A stretch of DNA of 64,000 nucleotides from Camelus dromedarius (Eukaryota), in the NCBI RefSeq assembly GCF_036321535.1, contig NC_087437.1:59584001-59648000 (forward strand), given 5' to 3'. The notes under the pieces were generated by a model. It worked only from the letters and a program-made list of their open reading frames with translations. It searched no databases and was not told the origin of the DNA. This document shows, piece by piece, positions 12,412 to 23,510 of the stretch; positions within the stretch are counted from its first letter, which is position 1; every line of letters starts with the position of its first letter. The position numbers and the translations under genes were made by a program.

Positions 12412-12544
12412 AAGAAAATAACAATATTAATAACCATCATGGTTATGATAGCAGCTGATATTTATCGAGTGCCTTCTATGAATCAGGCATGGTCCCAAGC
12501 ACTTCGTAGCTGTTTAATGCGTATATTCCCCTGTGTGCATTCCC

Positions 12545-12730
12545 CTGCACCGCTGGAGCAGGCTTGGGAGGGCGATTGTTAAACATTCAGGAGTTTTCTG
12601 AGCCGTTGTTAAACCATTCATAAGTTAAAACCAACCCCAGTGGGAGTATTTACACCAGAGAAATTGGGAAATATTACGCATCAGGGCTTTTTGTTCAAGT
12701 ATTTATTCATTGAGCTAGTATAGCAGGACA
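12545..12730 (+). mobile_element. MER63-type hAT MITE inserted in a MIR
   Basis: 'gattgttaaacattcaggagttttctgagccgttgttaaac' and 'gtgggagtatttacaccagagaaattgggaaatattacgcatcagggctt' resemble MER63; MIR-like sequence lies on both sides. Confidence 0.65.
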
Positions 12731-14324
12731 TACATATTTTCAATTTTTACAGCTGGGAACTTGAGGTCCAGAGGGATTAGATGAAGATAATAGGATAATC
12801 CGTCAAGACTGAAATGTTCACTGTGGGCTGCTGCTGCTTCTCCGCCTTCTTCTTCTAAATCTCCCCTTTACTTTCTATTTTCATCCATAATTATTTCATT
12901 AGAAATGACAACAACAACAAAACTCATTTCTCATATTTCCTATGGGTCAGACACTTGGCTAGGAGCCTTGCAGCTTTGGCTACCTGGCTTCCAGCCTCTA
13001 CCGTTAATGGGAAGAAAAACCATGTAAGCAGGTGGTTCTTAACCCTGACTGCACATTCAAATCATGGAAAGGCCACATCAATAAAAGGAACAGTCAGGCC
13101 ATGTGGTTTGCTTAATTTACAAAACTTTCAGAATTACTTGTCAAAAAGTTACCTGGGGATCAGTGGAAAGTTTTGTGAAACATGAAGTCCAGAGAGGCAA
13201 TGACACAAAGCAGATTTTTAGTGCCAGAGCCAAGGGGTGATTCCTGGCAAAGGCTCCGCCCAGCACCCCCCCCCCCCCCGCTCCACCGCCACAACCCCGT
13301 GTCCTGAGGCCGTTCCTCCTGACCCTGCTGTACATTCTCCTTTCCCTCCTTTTTCTCTCCCTTTCCTCTTTCATTTCTCAAATATTTAATGACAACAGCG
13401 CACAGGTCCTGGCACTGAATTAGTGCTCCATGAATACTTGTTTTGGATGGATAAATGAATGAACGGCTGCACTCCTCATATTCTGGGCCCTGGGGGCTAC
13501 AGGAATGAATAAGATATGGTCTCAGCCTCAAGAGGCTGGTCAAAATCGCAGGTCTAGGTGGAGGCATTGGGGGTGGAGGAAAAGTGTGGGACTGCACAGG
13601 GACAAACATGCATTAGAAACCTGGATCTGTGTGGAATGTGGGTGAAGGGTTTGACTAGCACAAGCCCAGCTTTGTCACTTGTCAGGAAGGTATTAACACC
13701 CTCTTCACGCAGTGATGCTGGGATTTAATGACATCATGTATAAGGTCACCAAAGAGGTCTCTCAGCACGTAGTAGGGATGCAATATTATTATTCATGCCT
13801 TAGACCAAGAGTTGGAAAGCAAAAGAGCCAAGAAGACAGGAGTCTAGGGCTAAAGCTTGGGGTCAGGAGGTTGCTCCTCTCAAGGAGGAATCTAAATCAT
13901 TCCTGATGACATCCTTTGGTATTTCTTCTTCTTCACCAAATCTACTCTTAGACCAGATATGTCAAGGCTAAGCAGTCAAAGGCAGGCTCGCTGCCCTGCT
14001 GTTATAAATGGCTCAGAGATGCTCAGGTATTCCTAAATACCCAGAGACTCTTGGGCCAGACTTAGCTGGTAAATCTCTCTCCATGGCGTTGCCTCTCATG
14101 TTTCCTTACTCAGAGTAGATTCTCAGCAAATATTTATTAGACAAAATTATCTTTTAGGTAAATACATACAAACACACACTCTCTTCACCCTCATTTCCCT
14201 TCCAGGAACACACTCCTCTAAAATGAAAACGCCCAATTTATTGCATAATAATTGCTGGGTTTGCTTTGGGTAATTTTCATCTCCTAGAGTGGTTAAGTGG
14301 GGATTTGCCAGTGGATTGCCCCCT

Positions 14325-14356
<32 letters not shown>

Positions 14357-14373
14357 ACACACACACTCACACA
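14325..14373. repeat. Interrupted (CA)n microsatellite
   Basis: Directly visible. Confidence 0.95.
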
Positions 14374-15512
14374 ATTCTTTATTACTGTACTCTGGGGTTT
14401 TGTTGTTGTTGTTATTTGGTTGTTTTTTTTTTTTACTGCCACTGTTATAACATTAAGCACAACTTGTAAATACGTATTTATGTGTATATGGTGTGTTGTC
14501 TATTATTAGATTATAAACTTCTCAAGGGTAGAGGTCTTGTCTGTTTTATTCACCAGTGAATTTCCAAGCCGCACACAGAGCCAGACCCTCGGAGCAGGGA
14601 GAAGATGGGTGAATGGGTGGGTGGAATGGGTAGATGACTGCATGAGTGGGTGATCCACCTCAGTAGGCTTAGAAATGGACGGTGCATTACCTGAGCTTTG
14701 CTCTGAGCTGTGCAGGTGGCCTGGGGCCTCCAGAGGGCCAGGCTGGGTTCCGGCTGACTGTGGACCAGGTGTGGGGCACTGGCCTCCAGTGTAGCTGCTC
14801 AGCTCAGGGGCTTCAGGGGAAGATGTATTAGGGCACAAGTAAAAAATATTAGCTCTTCTTTCTGCATATATTTTTACCTGAATAAAAATAAATGAAGAAA
14901 GAAATTCCAGGTTTTCCAATAAACTGTAGCCAGTTTACTGAGTGGACTAATCTCGGTAGGGAAAAGCAGGAAACAGATTTGTTTTCCTCTCACAGCTGCC
15001 CTCAGACATGCCTTCTTCCACCTCCTTTCGCATCCTTGAGGACATCTCAGACAGAAACCCCAGCTTTCTGTCACTTTCAGCTCTGTGAATGGTCTCGTGC
15101 TCATGTCTTAAAAAGTTCAGGCCCGTCTAAATCAAAACTTCAAATTCACATCCAATTGAATAATCTTTCTCTCCTCATCTCAGGCAAACTCACGGCTTGA
15201 GGCCCTGCAACAGGAAACGCAGGGGGAAGGGGGCTGCTCTTGCACTCCTTCTCCACTTGCTCCCGCCCTACCGGCGGCGCCTCCAGGCTGGGGACTGGGC
15301 AGGGGACACCAGAGGGAAGGGGGCACGGTCCTGCATGATTGTTTATGCTGTTTTAATCTGGCTACTGGGGCCTTCTGTTGAGGTAGCCGTCCACCAACTC
15401 CTGTCTGTTTCGTGGGACATATTTGTGTGTTTGCGTGTTATTTGGAGATGTCCAGCCCCCCGCCCCGACCGTGGAGACCCACACACGCACTCACTGTCCC
15501 TGTCACCGGCAA

Positions 15513-16058
15513 TGTGCTCTCCGAATGACCTTTTATGAAACTCCTGATAAAAGAAATGTTCACATATTGAGATACAGGGAAGGCATTCTATATGTGAGCT
15601 AATTTGGATTTCATGCTAAAACGGCCTGTTTGTGTCCTATCAAACGTACATTGTACATCTGCTTTAGTTATTAAAGAAAAGGGAACATTGACCAGAAGTG
15701 AAGAATGTCCATGGTTAAAAATAAAAATGAAACGCCCCTCTTCCTGGAGCACCAATGCTGGTCCTCCTTTGATGGCGAGACTCCCTTCCCAGGTGCCAAG
15801 ACCATACTGTACATGCTGTATGTGTACGTGCTGGTCTGCTTTTTTTTTTTTTTTTGAAATCTTGAATAAACAGATCCTTGACTTGTTTCATGTTCTTTGT
15901 TTTCATGAGATATAAAACTGTGCTGAAAATCTTGCTTCTCCAGAGCAGTTTCTCAGAGTAATCAGAGAAGCAGGCTACTGGGCTAGTCCTCAGTTTAGCT
16001 CAAATAAAACTCCTTTCTATTCTTCTCATTGATTGTTTATTGATTATTTTTGGCAGCA
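15513..16058 (+). mobile_element. Solo ERV1-class LTR (MER34/MER39-like)
   Basis: TATAAAA at 15911, then 'gagcagtttctcagag...agtcctcagtttagctcaaataaaactc' with AATAAA near 16004 and a CA terminus; 5' boundary approximate. Confidence 0.6.
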
Positions 16059-16887
16059 CTCCCTTCTTAGCTTCCGTAAATCTCCAGCTTTTAAGCACTG
16101 GACTCTCATCGGCTCCACAGGCCACTCTCTTGGAAGAGGTCCCCCCACAGACTTCACGTCTGACAGTGCTTTGGCCCGTCCCCCTGGCCCATGGGGACCC
16201 ACGTGCCACTGCCCAGCCAGTCAGCGTCAGTGCAGGCTGCTCCCACCTCAGCCTCTTCTTCCTGGTCCGGCACCATGGGTGGTTTCAGCCAGCTTCCCGT
16301 CTTCATGCTTCTCTGGGTAGGCGTAGGCTCTGGTGTTATGTGCATCACAAGATGCACTCTTTAGTTTCTTTCAAGAAACTTCTCTCACAATGCCTTCCTG
16401 TGATAAGGTGACCCTCAGGAGCTCAGCAAGGCTCAGGCCAGAGAGTGGGCTTCTTAATTCCCTTTCTTGCAGACACCCCTGATCTTTCTTCAGCAGTTCT
16501 CTTAAAGTCCCCTCACTTGGCTTGGAGTAAGGTAAGTGCTTCCCTCCCCCATCATAGCGAGCAGAGGAGAAAACAGAAGACCTCTCTGCTTTTGTGACTT
16601 TCCTGGCATCCATAAACTTCTCTGAAATGCCTAGCCCTGACTCACCTGGGCCGGGGGTAATGAACGCTAGATGAGTCTTACTGTCAAGTCCCACCTGGAG
16701 CTAGTTAGCAGCTGTCTTTAGAATGGGGGAGGGGGAGTCTTTATTCCACAGTCTCTTTGTGTGTATCACTGGTAAACAAACAAAATGTGTTGGGAAGGGA
16801 TACTGTATTTTTTTTTTCAAATGATAGGTGCCCTTTCAAAAAAGCTTAGAAACTGCTGATCTCAAGAGAAGTTGCAAAAGATAATTT

Positions 16888-17380
16888 TTTAAACATTTTT
16901 TATAGTTATAATCATTTTACAATGTTGTGTCAAATTCCAGTGTAGAGCACAATTTTTTAGTTACACATGAACATATATATATTCATTGTCACATTTTTTT
17001 CCTCTGTGAGCTACCATAAGATATTGTATATTTTTCCCTGTGCTATACAGTATAATCTTGTTTATCTATTCTACATTTTGAAATCCCAGTCTGTCCCTTC
17101 CCACCCCCTGCCCCCTTGGCAACCACAAGTTTGTATTCTATGTCTATGAGTCTGTTTCTGTTTTGTATTTATGGTTTTTTTTTTTTTTAGACTCCACATA
17201 TGAACGATCTCATATGGTACTTTTCTTTCTCTTTCTGGCTTACTTCACTTAGAGTGACATTCTTCAGGAACATCCATGTTGCTGCAAATGGTGTTATGTT
17301 GTCAGTTTTTATAGCTAAATAGTATTCCATTGTATAAATATGCCACATCTTGTTCATCTAGTCATCTGTTGATGGACAGC
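16888..17380 (-). mobile_element. 5'-truncated young L1 3' end (camelid/cetartiodactyl type)
   Basis: T-rich tail, 'ccctgtgctatacagtataatcttgtttatcta', 'catccatgttgctgcaaatgg', 'tcatctgttgatggaca'; TSD AAAAGATAATTT at 16876-16887 and 17382-17393. Confidence 0.9.
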
Positions 17381-17758
17381 AAAAAGATAATTTGTGACAT
17401 GAAGAACCAGATTTGGCAAAAATATTTTTGAAAATATAAGATTCTGTTTCATGAGTTAACAGATGATTTAACATCACAGACATGTAACCAGTACATGGCA
17501 TGAGAATTTTCACAATGTGGGAAAAAAAAACATATATATATATATTCTGAAATGAAGAGAGCAGAAGGAACTGGCTTTGACATCTGATAAAAAGTTCATT
17601 CCACTGAAAGAGATGTACTATCTAAATATCTCCAGGGTTAATCTAAAAGGTGTTCACATCTTGCTTCAGATTTCAGGTAACTAGACCAAGCAGATTTTGG
17701 ACCTCAACTTACATATACTTGATTTAACTTAAAAATAAAAATAACCGTAGGATTAAAT

Positions 17759-17777
17759 AGATGCCCTCTGCTGGGAT
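17759..17777 (-). promoter_or_regulatory. Candidate CTCF binding site
   Basis: Minus strand ATCCCAGCAGAGGGCATCT fits the CTCF core CCASYAGRKGGC; lies in apparently unique sequence. Confidence 0.55.
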
Positions 17778-18829
17778 GCAAAGTAGAAAACAGCCGCAAT
17801 CAAGCCAAATTGAGGAGTCCTACTCAGCAGGGATGTGCTATGCAAGCTTCACCCAGGGAGAGTTGCCACGAAGTCGACAGGCCAAGGCAAATGTATCTTT
17901 TACCCTCTGCCCCAGAAGAGGACCTGGTGCAATATGGGCTTCAAACCTGTGGGTGGACCAAATACAGTGCACCAGGGAGATGCACATCCCGGCTCAAGGA
18001 ATGTCTTCCGTGCAGGTTGTGAAGGATCAGACCATTTTAGTTACATCTCCCCTGAAAAAATACTGAATCCCATCTCAAAAATAAAAAATGGTAACATTTG
18101 AAGCTTCCTAAAGTGTGAAAAAATCATTGACATTTCCATAGACAGAGTCCAAACCCCAGGGAACTTATTTCCAATCTAGTCTCTCCAGCTTCAGCAAGAG
18201 TGTTAACTCTACTTGCCGACAGGAAGTGCCAAGAAAAAATTTTAATCAGCAGCTCTAACCAGGTTGATGGGTGAAATATCTGATGTTTATTTTATCTGTG
18301 TTTTGCATTGAGTTAAAACTTTGCTGCTAGAGACCTGGGCCAAGCAGCCTTCTTTCACAGCTGTTTCTCTACAAAGCAATTTCACAAAGACAGGATGTTG
18401 TCCTAAAAAAGCATCTTTGGGTTCTTTTCTGGACAGGCCAGCAGCTGGCTGGGTGTCACAAACAAGCCAGAAAAGTATGTTCAAGGATGCCAGCTCACTA
18501 GGGAAGCTGGGTCTACAGCTTCAAAGGCAGAGCAGCAGTGAACTGGAAAAAAAAATGGTAGTAAATATCGTGGGGAGTTTGTTGATTTCATAGCAGGCCC
18601 AGGAAAGCGAAGACAGGAAACAGTAAGGGTCCCGGAGTGGAGAGTGCCTGATGCTGGTTAGGGAGCAAGGAGGAATATAGAGTTGACCTGCAGCGGTGAC
18701 CGGTCCGAATCAGGTCCCACAGAGGCTTGGAAACAATGGAGCACAAATGACAAATTTGTTTCCCAGATCTGAAAAATCCCACCTGATTTAGCTGTGCTGC
18801 CAAGAATAAGGCAGTTGTTGTGGTCATAG

Positions 18830-19060
18830 TAACAGCAGATACTGACTGCGCCCTCACTCCCAGGCGCTGTACTAAGTGCTTTTTAATGCATTTTCCCGTT
18901 TGATGTCTGTGAGACTCTGAGATGAAAAGCTTCATTCCTCTCAAGTACAGGTGAGGAAACTGAGACTCAGAGATGGGAAGTAACTCACTCCAGATCTGCA
19001 GCTAGGGTATGAAAGTTAGCACATGAATCTAATTCATGGAGTTCGAAAGCATGTTCTCAA
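18830..19060. mobile_element. MIR SINE
   Basis: 'caggcgctgtactaagtgcttttaatgcatt...acaggtgaggaaactgagactcagagatgggaagtaact'. Confidence 0.75.
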
Positions 19061-19099
19061 AACCATGACTTTTTTCAATTCCCAAATGAAAAATAAAGA

Positions 19100-20540
19100 G
19101 TGATTCTGTAGTGCAGTGGGGAAAGGATGACCTTTTCAATTAAATGGTTCTGGGTCAACTGCATATTCAAGTATTTCCAACCCTACCTCTCACCACACAC
19201 ATATATTAATCCTAGTTGAACTTATAGATGAATAATGCTTTTAGAACAAAACACAGGAGAGCATCTTCATTCCCTTGGAGTAGGTAACAATCCCTTACAC
19301 AGGGCAAAAATGTCACTAAACATAAATAATCAAATTGATAAATTGGATTAGAGTTGTCCCTCAGTACCCACACTGGATTGGTTCCAGAATCTGACATAGA
19401 TACCAAAATCTGCATATGCTGAGGTCCCACAGTCCGCCATTCACCTCCATGGACTCTGCTTCCAAGAGTTCAATCAGCCATAGATTGTAAACCTAGTCCT
19501 ACTTGTACGTGTATTGAAAAAAATCTGTATATAAGTAGATCATGTAGTTCAAACCTGTGTTGTTCTAAGGCCAATTGCATACTAAAATTAAGAACTTCTG
19601 CTCATGAAAAGACACTACTGAGAAAGTAAAAAGGCAACTCACAGAGTGGAAGAAGATATTTGTGCTACATATAGAACTAATATCCAGAATAAAAAGAAGT
19701 TTTGTACATCAATAAGAAAAAGACAGAAAACCCGGAAGAAAATAGACAAAAGACTTGAGCAGACACTTCACAAGATAAAACACCCAAATGGCCAGGAAAC
19801 TTATGAAAAAATGACACAGTGTTATTAGTCATCAGGAAGATGTAAATTCAAACCAATATGCAATCTGACAACACACCCATCAGAATGACTAAATTTTAAA
19901 AGATGGGAAATACCTCGTATTGGCAAGGATGTGGAGCAACCGGAATTCTCATCAGCTGCCAGTAGTTAAAGTGGTACATTAACTTTGGAAAACAGTTTGG
20001 TAGGATCTAGTATTGTTGAATACACAAACAGACACAGACACAGACACACACATATATATATTTATATATAACTTCACTCCTAGTATAGATCCAACAGAAA
20101 TATGTTTACATGTTTACCAAAATACATGTACGAGAATATTCATAGCAATGGTATTCGTAACAGCTGAGAACAAAAAACAACCCACATGCCCATAACAATA
20201 AAATGGGAAAATAAATTACAGTATATTCACAACCTAACCATGGTGATATATGAACTACTACCACATGGAACAAGACAGGGATCAGTCCTACAAACGTGGT
20301 ATTGAATGAAGACAGCCAGACACAAATGAGTACATTCTGCAGGTTTCCTTTATTTAAAGTAAGAAAACAGACTAAACTCTTCTCTGCTATTAGAAGCCAG
20401 GTTAGGGGTGACCCCTTCCCCAGGTACGGGACGTGGGTACAAGGGAGGCTGGACTTCTCAGGTGTGGTGCTGCTCTTTCTATTGAGCTGTGTGCTGCAAA
20501 GGTGTATTCAGGTGGTGAAAATTTATCGAGCTATGCACTT
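19100..20540 (+). mobile_element. Old L1 (L1M-type) ORF2 3' end and 3' UTR, interrupted by MER8
   Basis: 'aaaattaagaacttctgctcatgaaaagacact', 'ggcaaggatgtggagcaaccggaattctcat', 'gaatattcatagcaatggtattcgtaacagc'; no open frame. Confidence 0.85.
19351..19577. mobile_element. MER8-type TcMar-Tigger MITE nested in L1
   Basis: Follows TA; starts 'gagttgtccctcagtaccc...ggattggttccag', ends 'gttcaaacctgtgttgttctaaggccaattg'; L1 text joins across it. Confidence 0.8.
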
Positions 20541-20542
20541 AT

Positions 20543-20920
20543 TCCATCGGCTGGCTCTTGCCATAACAAACCACCCTCGTACCCAGCAGCAGACAAGAAG
20601 TATTTATTTCCTGCTGACTGGTTATGGGTAGAGCTCTGGCTTGGGCTGGGCTGGCCTTGGTGCTAAGCTGCGGCATGAGGGCAGGGCTGCTCCACACTCT
20701 CTCTTCCTCCTTTAACTGGCAGCTCTCCGAGGAATGTTCTTTTAAGGTGAAAGGCAGGATCCTAAGAGGGAAGAGGGAAGTGGGAACTAGTGGCCTTTGA
20801 CTTCTGCCCGCATTCCCCTGGGCAAAGTGAGTCACGTGGCCAAGCCGTTCACTAGGGAAATATGCTCATCTCATGAAGTTATTGTGAGGAGCGAGTATTT
20901 AATGAACAATAATCAAGTTC
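20543..20920 (-). mobile_element. MaLR LTR (MLT1 family), nested at the L1 tail
   Basis: 'ttgccataacaaaccaccc', 'cttctgcccgcattcccctgggcaaagtgagtcacgtggccaagcc'. Confidence 0.6.
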
Positions 20921-22144
20921 AGGATATTTATGATGGGTTCAGCTTTCTGTGTGAATTTCATGTTTCAAAAAAAGTTTTAAAAGGAAACCAAAAAAAAGGG
21001 TGGGAACAGAACAGCTCTATTGCCCCGTCCTTACTCCTCACTCCTCCAGGCCCTTAACGGAGGAGGGATGTGCTTATGAAGATTTCCTATACAAGCCCAG
21101 GGAGGAAAGGAAGGAAGAGCAGGCGCTTCCCTAGTACACAATGCACTTCCGGTCTGCTGGGCCCAGAGAAAAAGCCTCCTGCTCAGCCACCCCGACCAAA
21201 GAAATGGAGCAGCAGCTAAGCACATCCTGCAGGTGCAGCTGTGGGGACAGACACGCTTGCCCAGTCCCTGCTCCTCACCTTCAGCGGCTCCCTCTTACAG
21301 TCAGATTGCTTAACAAATGTGGAACTCTTTTCAACCAGAAGGAAGGAGCTGAATGTTTAAAAGGCTCAAGGTTTCGGCAAGAGTGATGAAACCTTTTTCT
21401 CTGTTAACCCACAGTTCTGAAATTGTCTCTCTTATCCATAGCCGAGAGAGCAGGTTCTAAAAGCAGGCAGTAAATTACCATCAGGGTGCCATTGCCAGTC
21501 CCCTGATCCTCCTGGTGTGTGTAACTGACACACTGATGAGAAGACAGCTGTTGGAGAGGTCTGGTTCCCACAGCAATGAGTGTGGGAAGTTTGAGGACTG
21601 GTGTCTCCCTGCCCCGTCTGCAGGGCTGATGAGACCTAAGGCCCTTAAGCTTTACCATCTCCCCCACCTCATCCCCTCACCTGTACCTCCCTGTACTAAA
21701 AACTAGAGCTTGTTTCATGTTGCCCGCAAGAGAAGAAAAAGTGTGTGGGATTCTGTACTTCTCTGTAGGTGGATAACATCTGAATGTTCACAGTGACAAT
21801 TCACCCCCCCCCCCTTATCACCACTATCACAGCTTCTTGCAGATAAACTCCATCTCTAGACTCAGACAGCTTTGGTGTCAAATCCTGGCCCTATTACACA
21901 AATGTTCTATGGCCTTGGGCAAGTAATTCAGCCACTGTAACCCTCAGTTTCTCTCCATCTGTTAAAAGAAAGGGGGGGTTGTTTATTTGTTTAATGGACC
22001 TTCATTGATAGACCTACTATGTGTCAGGCAGGGTGCCAGGCTCTCGGGGTACAATGACAAATGAGATAGACATGGTCTCTGTCCTTGTGGCATTTACCTT
22101 TTTGGGAGGTAGTGTGAAAAATCAAATTTATGTCAATATAATCA

Positions 22145-22374
22145 GTGAGGACCCACTTCCTGGTCAGAGACGGCTGTCTTCTCGCTGTGTCCTTACATGG
22201 CGGGAGGGGTGAGAGGGCTTTCTGGGGTCCCTTTAACAAAGGCACTAATTCCATTCATGAGAGCTCTGGTCTTGTGATCTAAGTACCTCCCAAAGGCCTC
22301 ACCACCTGATACCATCACATGGGGTTAGGATTTGAATATATGAATTTGGGGGACACAACATTCAGTCTATAACA
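22145..22374 (-). mobile_element. MaLR LTR fragment (MLT1A-like)
   Basis: 'ctgtcttctcgctgtgtccttacatggc...ggcactaattccattcatgagag...acctcccaaaggcctcaccacctgataccatcac...atgaatttgggggacacaacattcagtctataaca'. Confidence 0.85.
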
Positions 22375-23096
22375 TTTATGCTGATAGTGCTTTAGGAGAG
22401 AGGTGGCTTAGGAGAGAGCAAGGGGAGGGGTGAGGAGAGGACTCGGAGATGGCGAGGTCACCAACATTTAGAGTAGGGAAGACAAAGAGGGGTCAGCAAA
22501 GGACCCTGCTAAGGACGGCCATTAGGCAAAAGGAAGACCAGGAAAGAAAGGGGTGTTTCAAGAAGGTAGGATGCTCAGCTGGGTCCAATGTTGCTGAGAT
22601 GAGGATGGAGGAAACAAGATGTAGCGATCAGTGAAAAGCCAGACACAGAACCATCTATACAGTATATTACAATTTGTGTTTTAGAAAGGTGTGGAGGGCA
22701 GCAGGGAGACTGTTTTAGCTGGTCTGAAGGTTTATCTATAAAATAGCTCTGGAAGGACCTGGTAACCATGGCTGCTCCCAGAGTGGAGAATAGGGCGAGA
22801 GATGGGATGGGGTGGGGTGGGCTGGAAGGAGATTTCTCACCGGGGATCGCACACTTTAGTTGCTTTTACATTTTTGTGTTATGTGACAATATTACTACTC
22901 AAAATTGCAATTCAAAAGAAAGAAAAGTGCCCTACCTCGCAGAGTGTCTGTGAGAACAGTAATTTTCCTTGACGCATTTGGGATGAGGATCAAATGAGAT
23001 GATGCAGGAAAACTGCTCAGCTCAGCCCCCGGCCCTGTGCACAGGGAGGGTTGGCTGTGCTTCTACAGGAAACGACAAACAGAGCCTCAGCCTGGG

Positions 23097-23510
23097 TGCG
23101 TGGTCCCAGGGCTACCGTAACAAAGCACCACGAGCTGGGTGGCTTAAAACAACAGAAATGTATTCTCCCCTAGATCCAGGGGCCGGAAGTCTAAAGTCAA
23201 GCTATCAGCAGGGCTCCGCTCCCCTAAAGGCTCCAGGGGGGACTCCTTCCTGCCTTTTCCAGCACCCATCCAAATCCCTGGCTTGCAGTTGCATTCCCCC
23301 TGCTCTGCTCCACCATCCCCGGCCATCTCCTCTTTGTGTCTGTCTTCACTTAGCCTTCTTACAGGGGGGATTTAGGTCCCATTCTAATTCAAAATGACCT
23401 CAACTTGACTAATGCCATCTGCAAGGACCTAATTTTCATACAAGGTCACATTCACAGGTACTGGGTGGGCACAAATTGGGGGTGGGGGACATTATTCAAC
23501 CCAGCATAGC
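23097..23510 (-). mobile_element. MaLR LTR (MLT1B/C-like)
   Basis: 'gggctaccgtaacaaagcaccacgagctgggtggcttaaaacaacagaaatgtattctc...aaggtcacattcacaggtactggg...gacattattcaaccca'. Confidence 0.85.

Noticed and set aside
15255..15480. Possible CpG-island promoter
   Set aside because: Only a few CpGs over a short span; too sparse for an island
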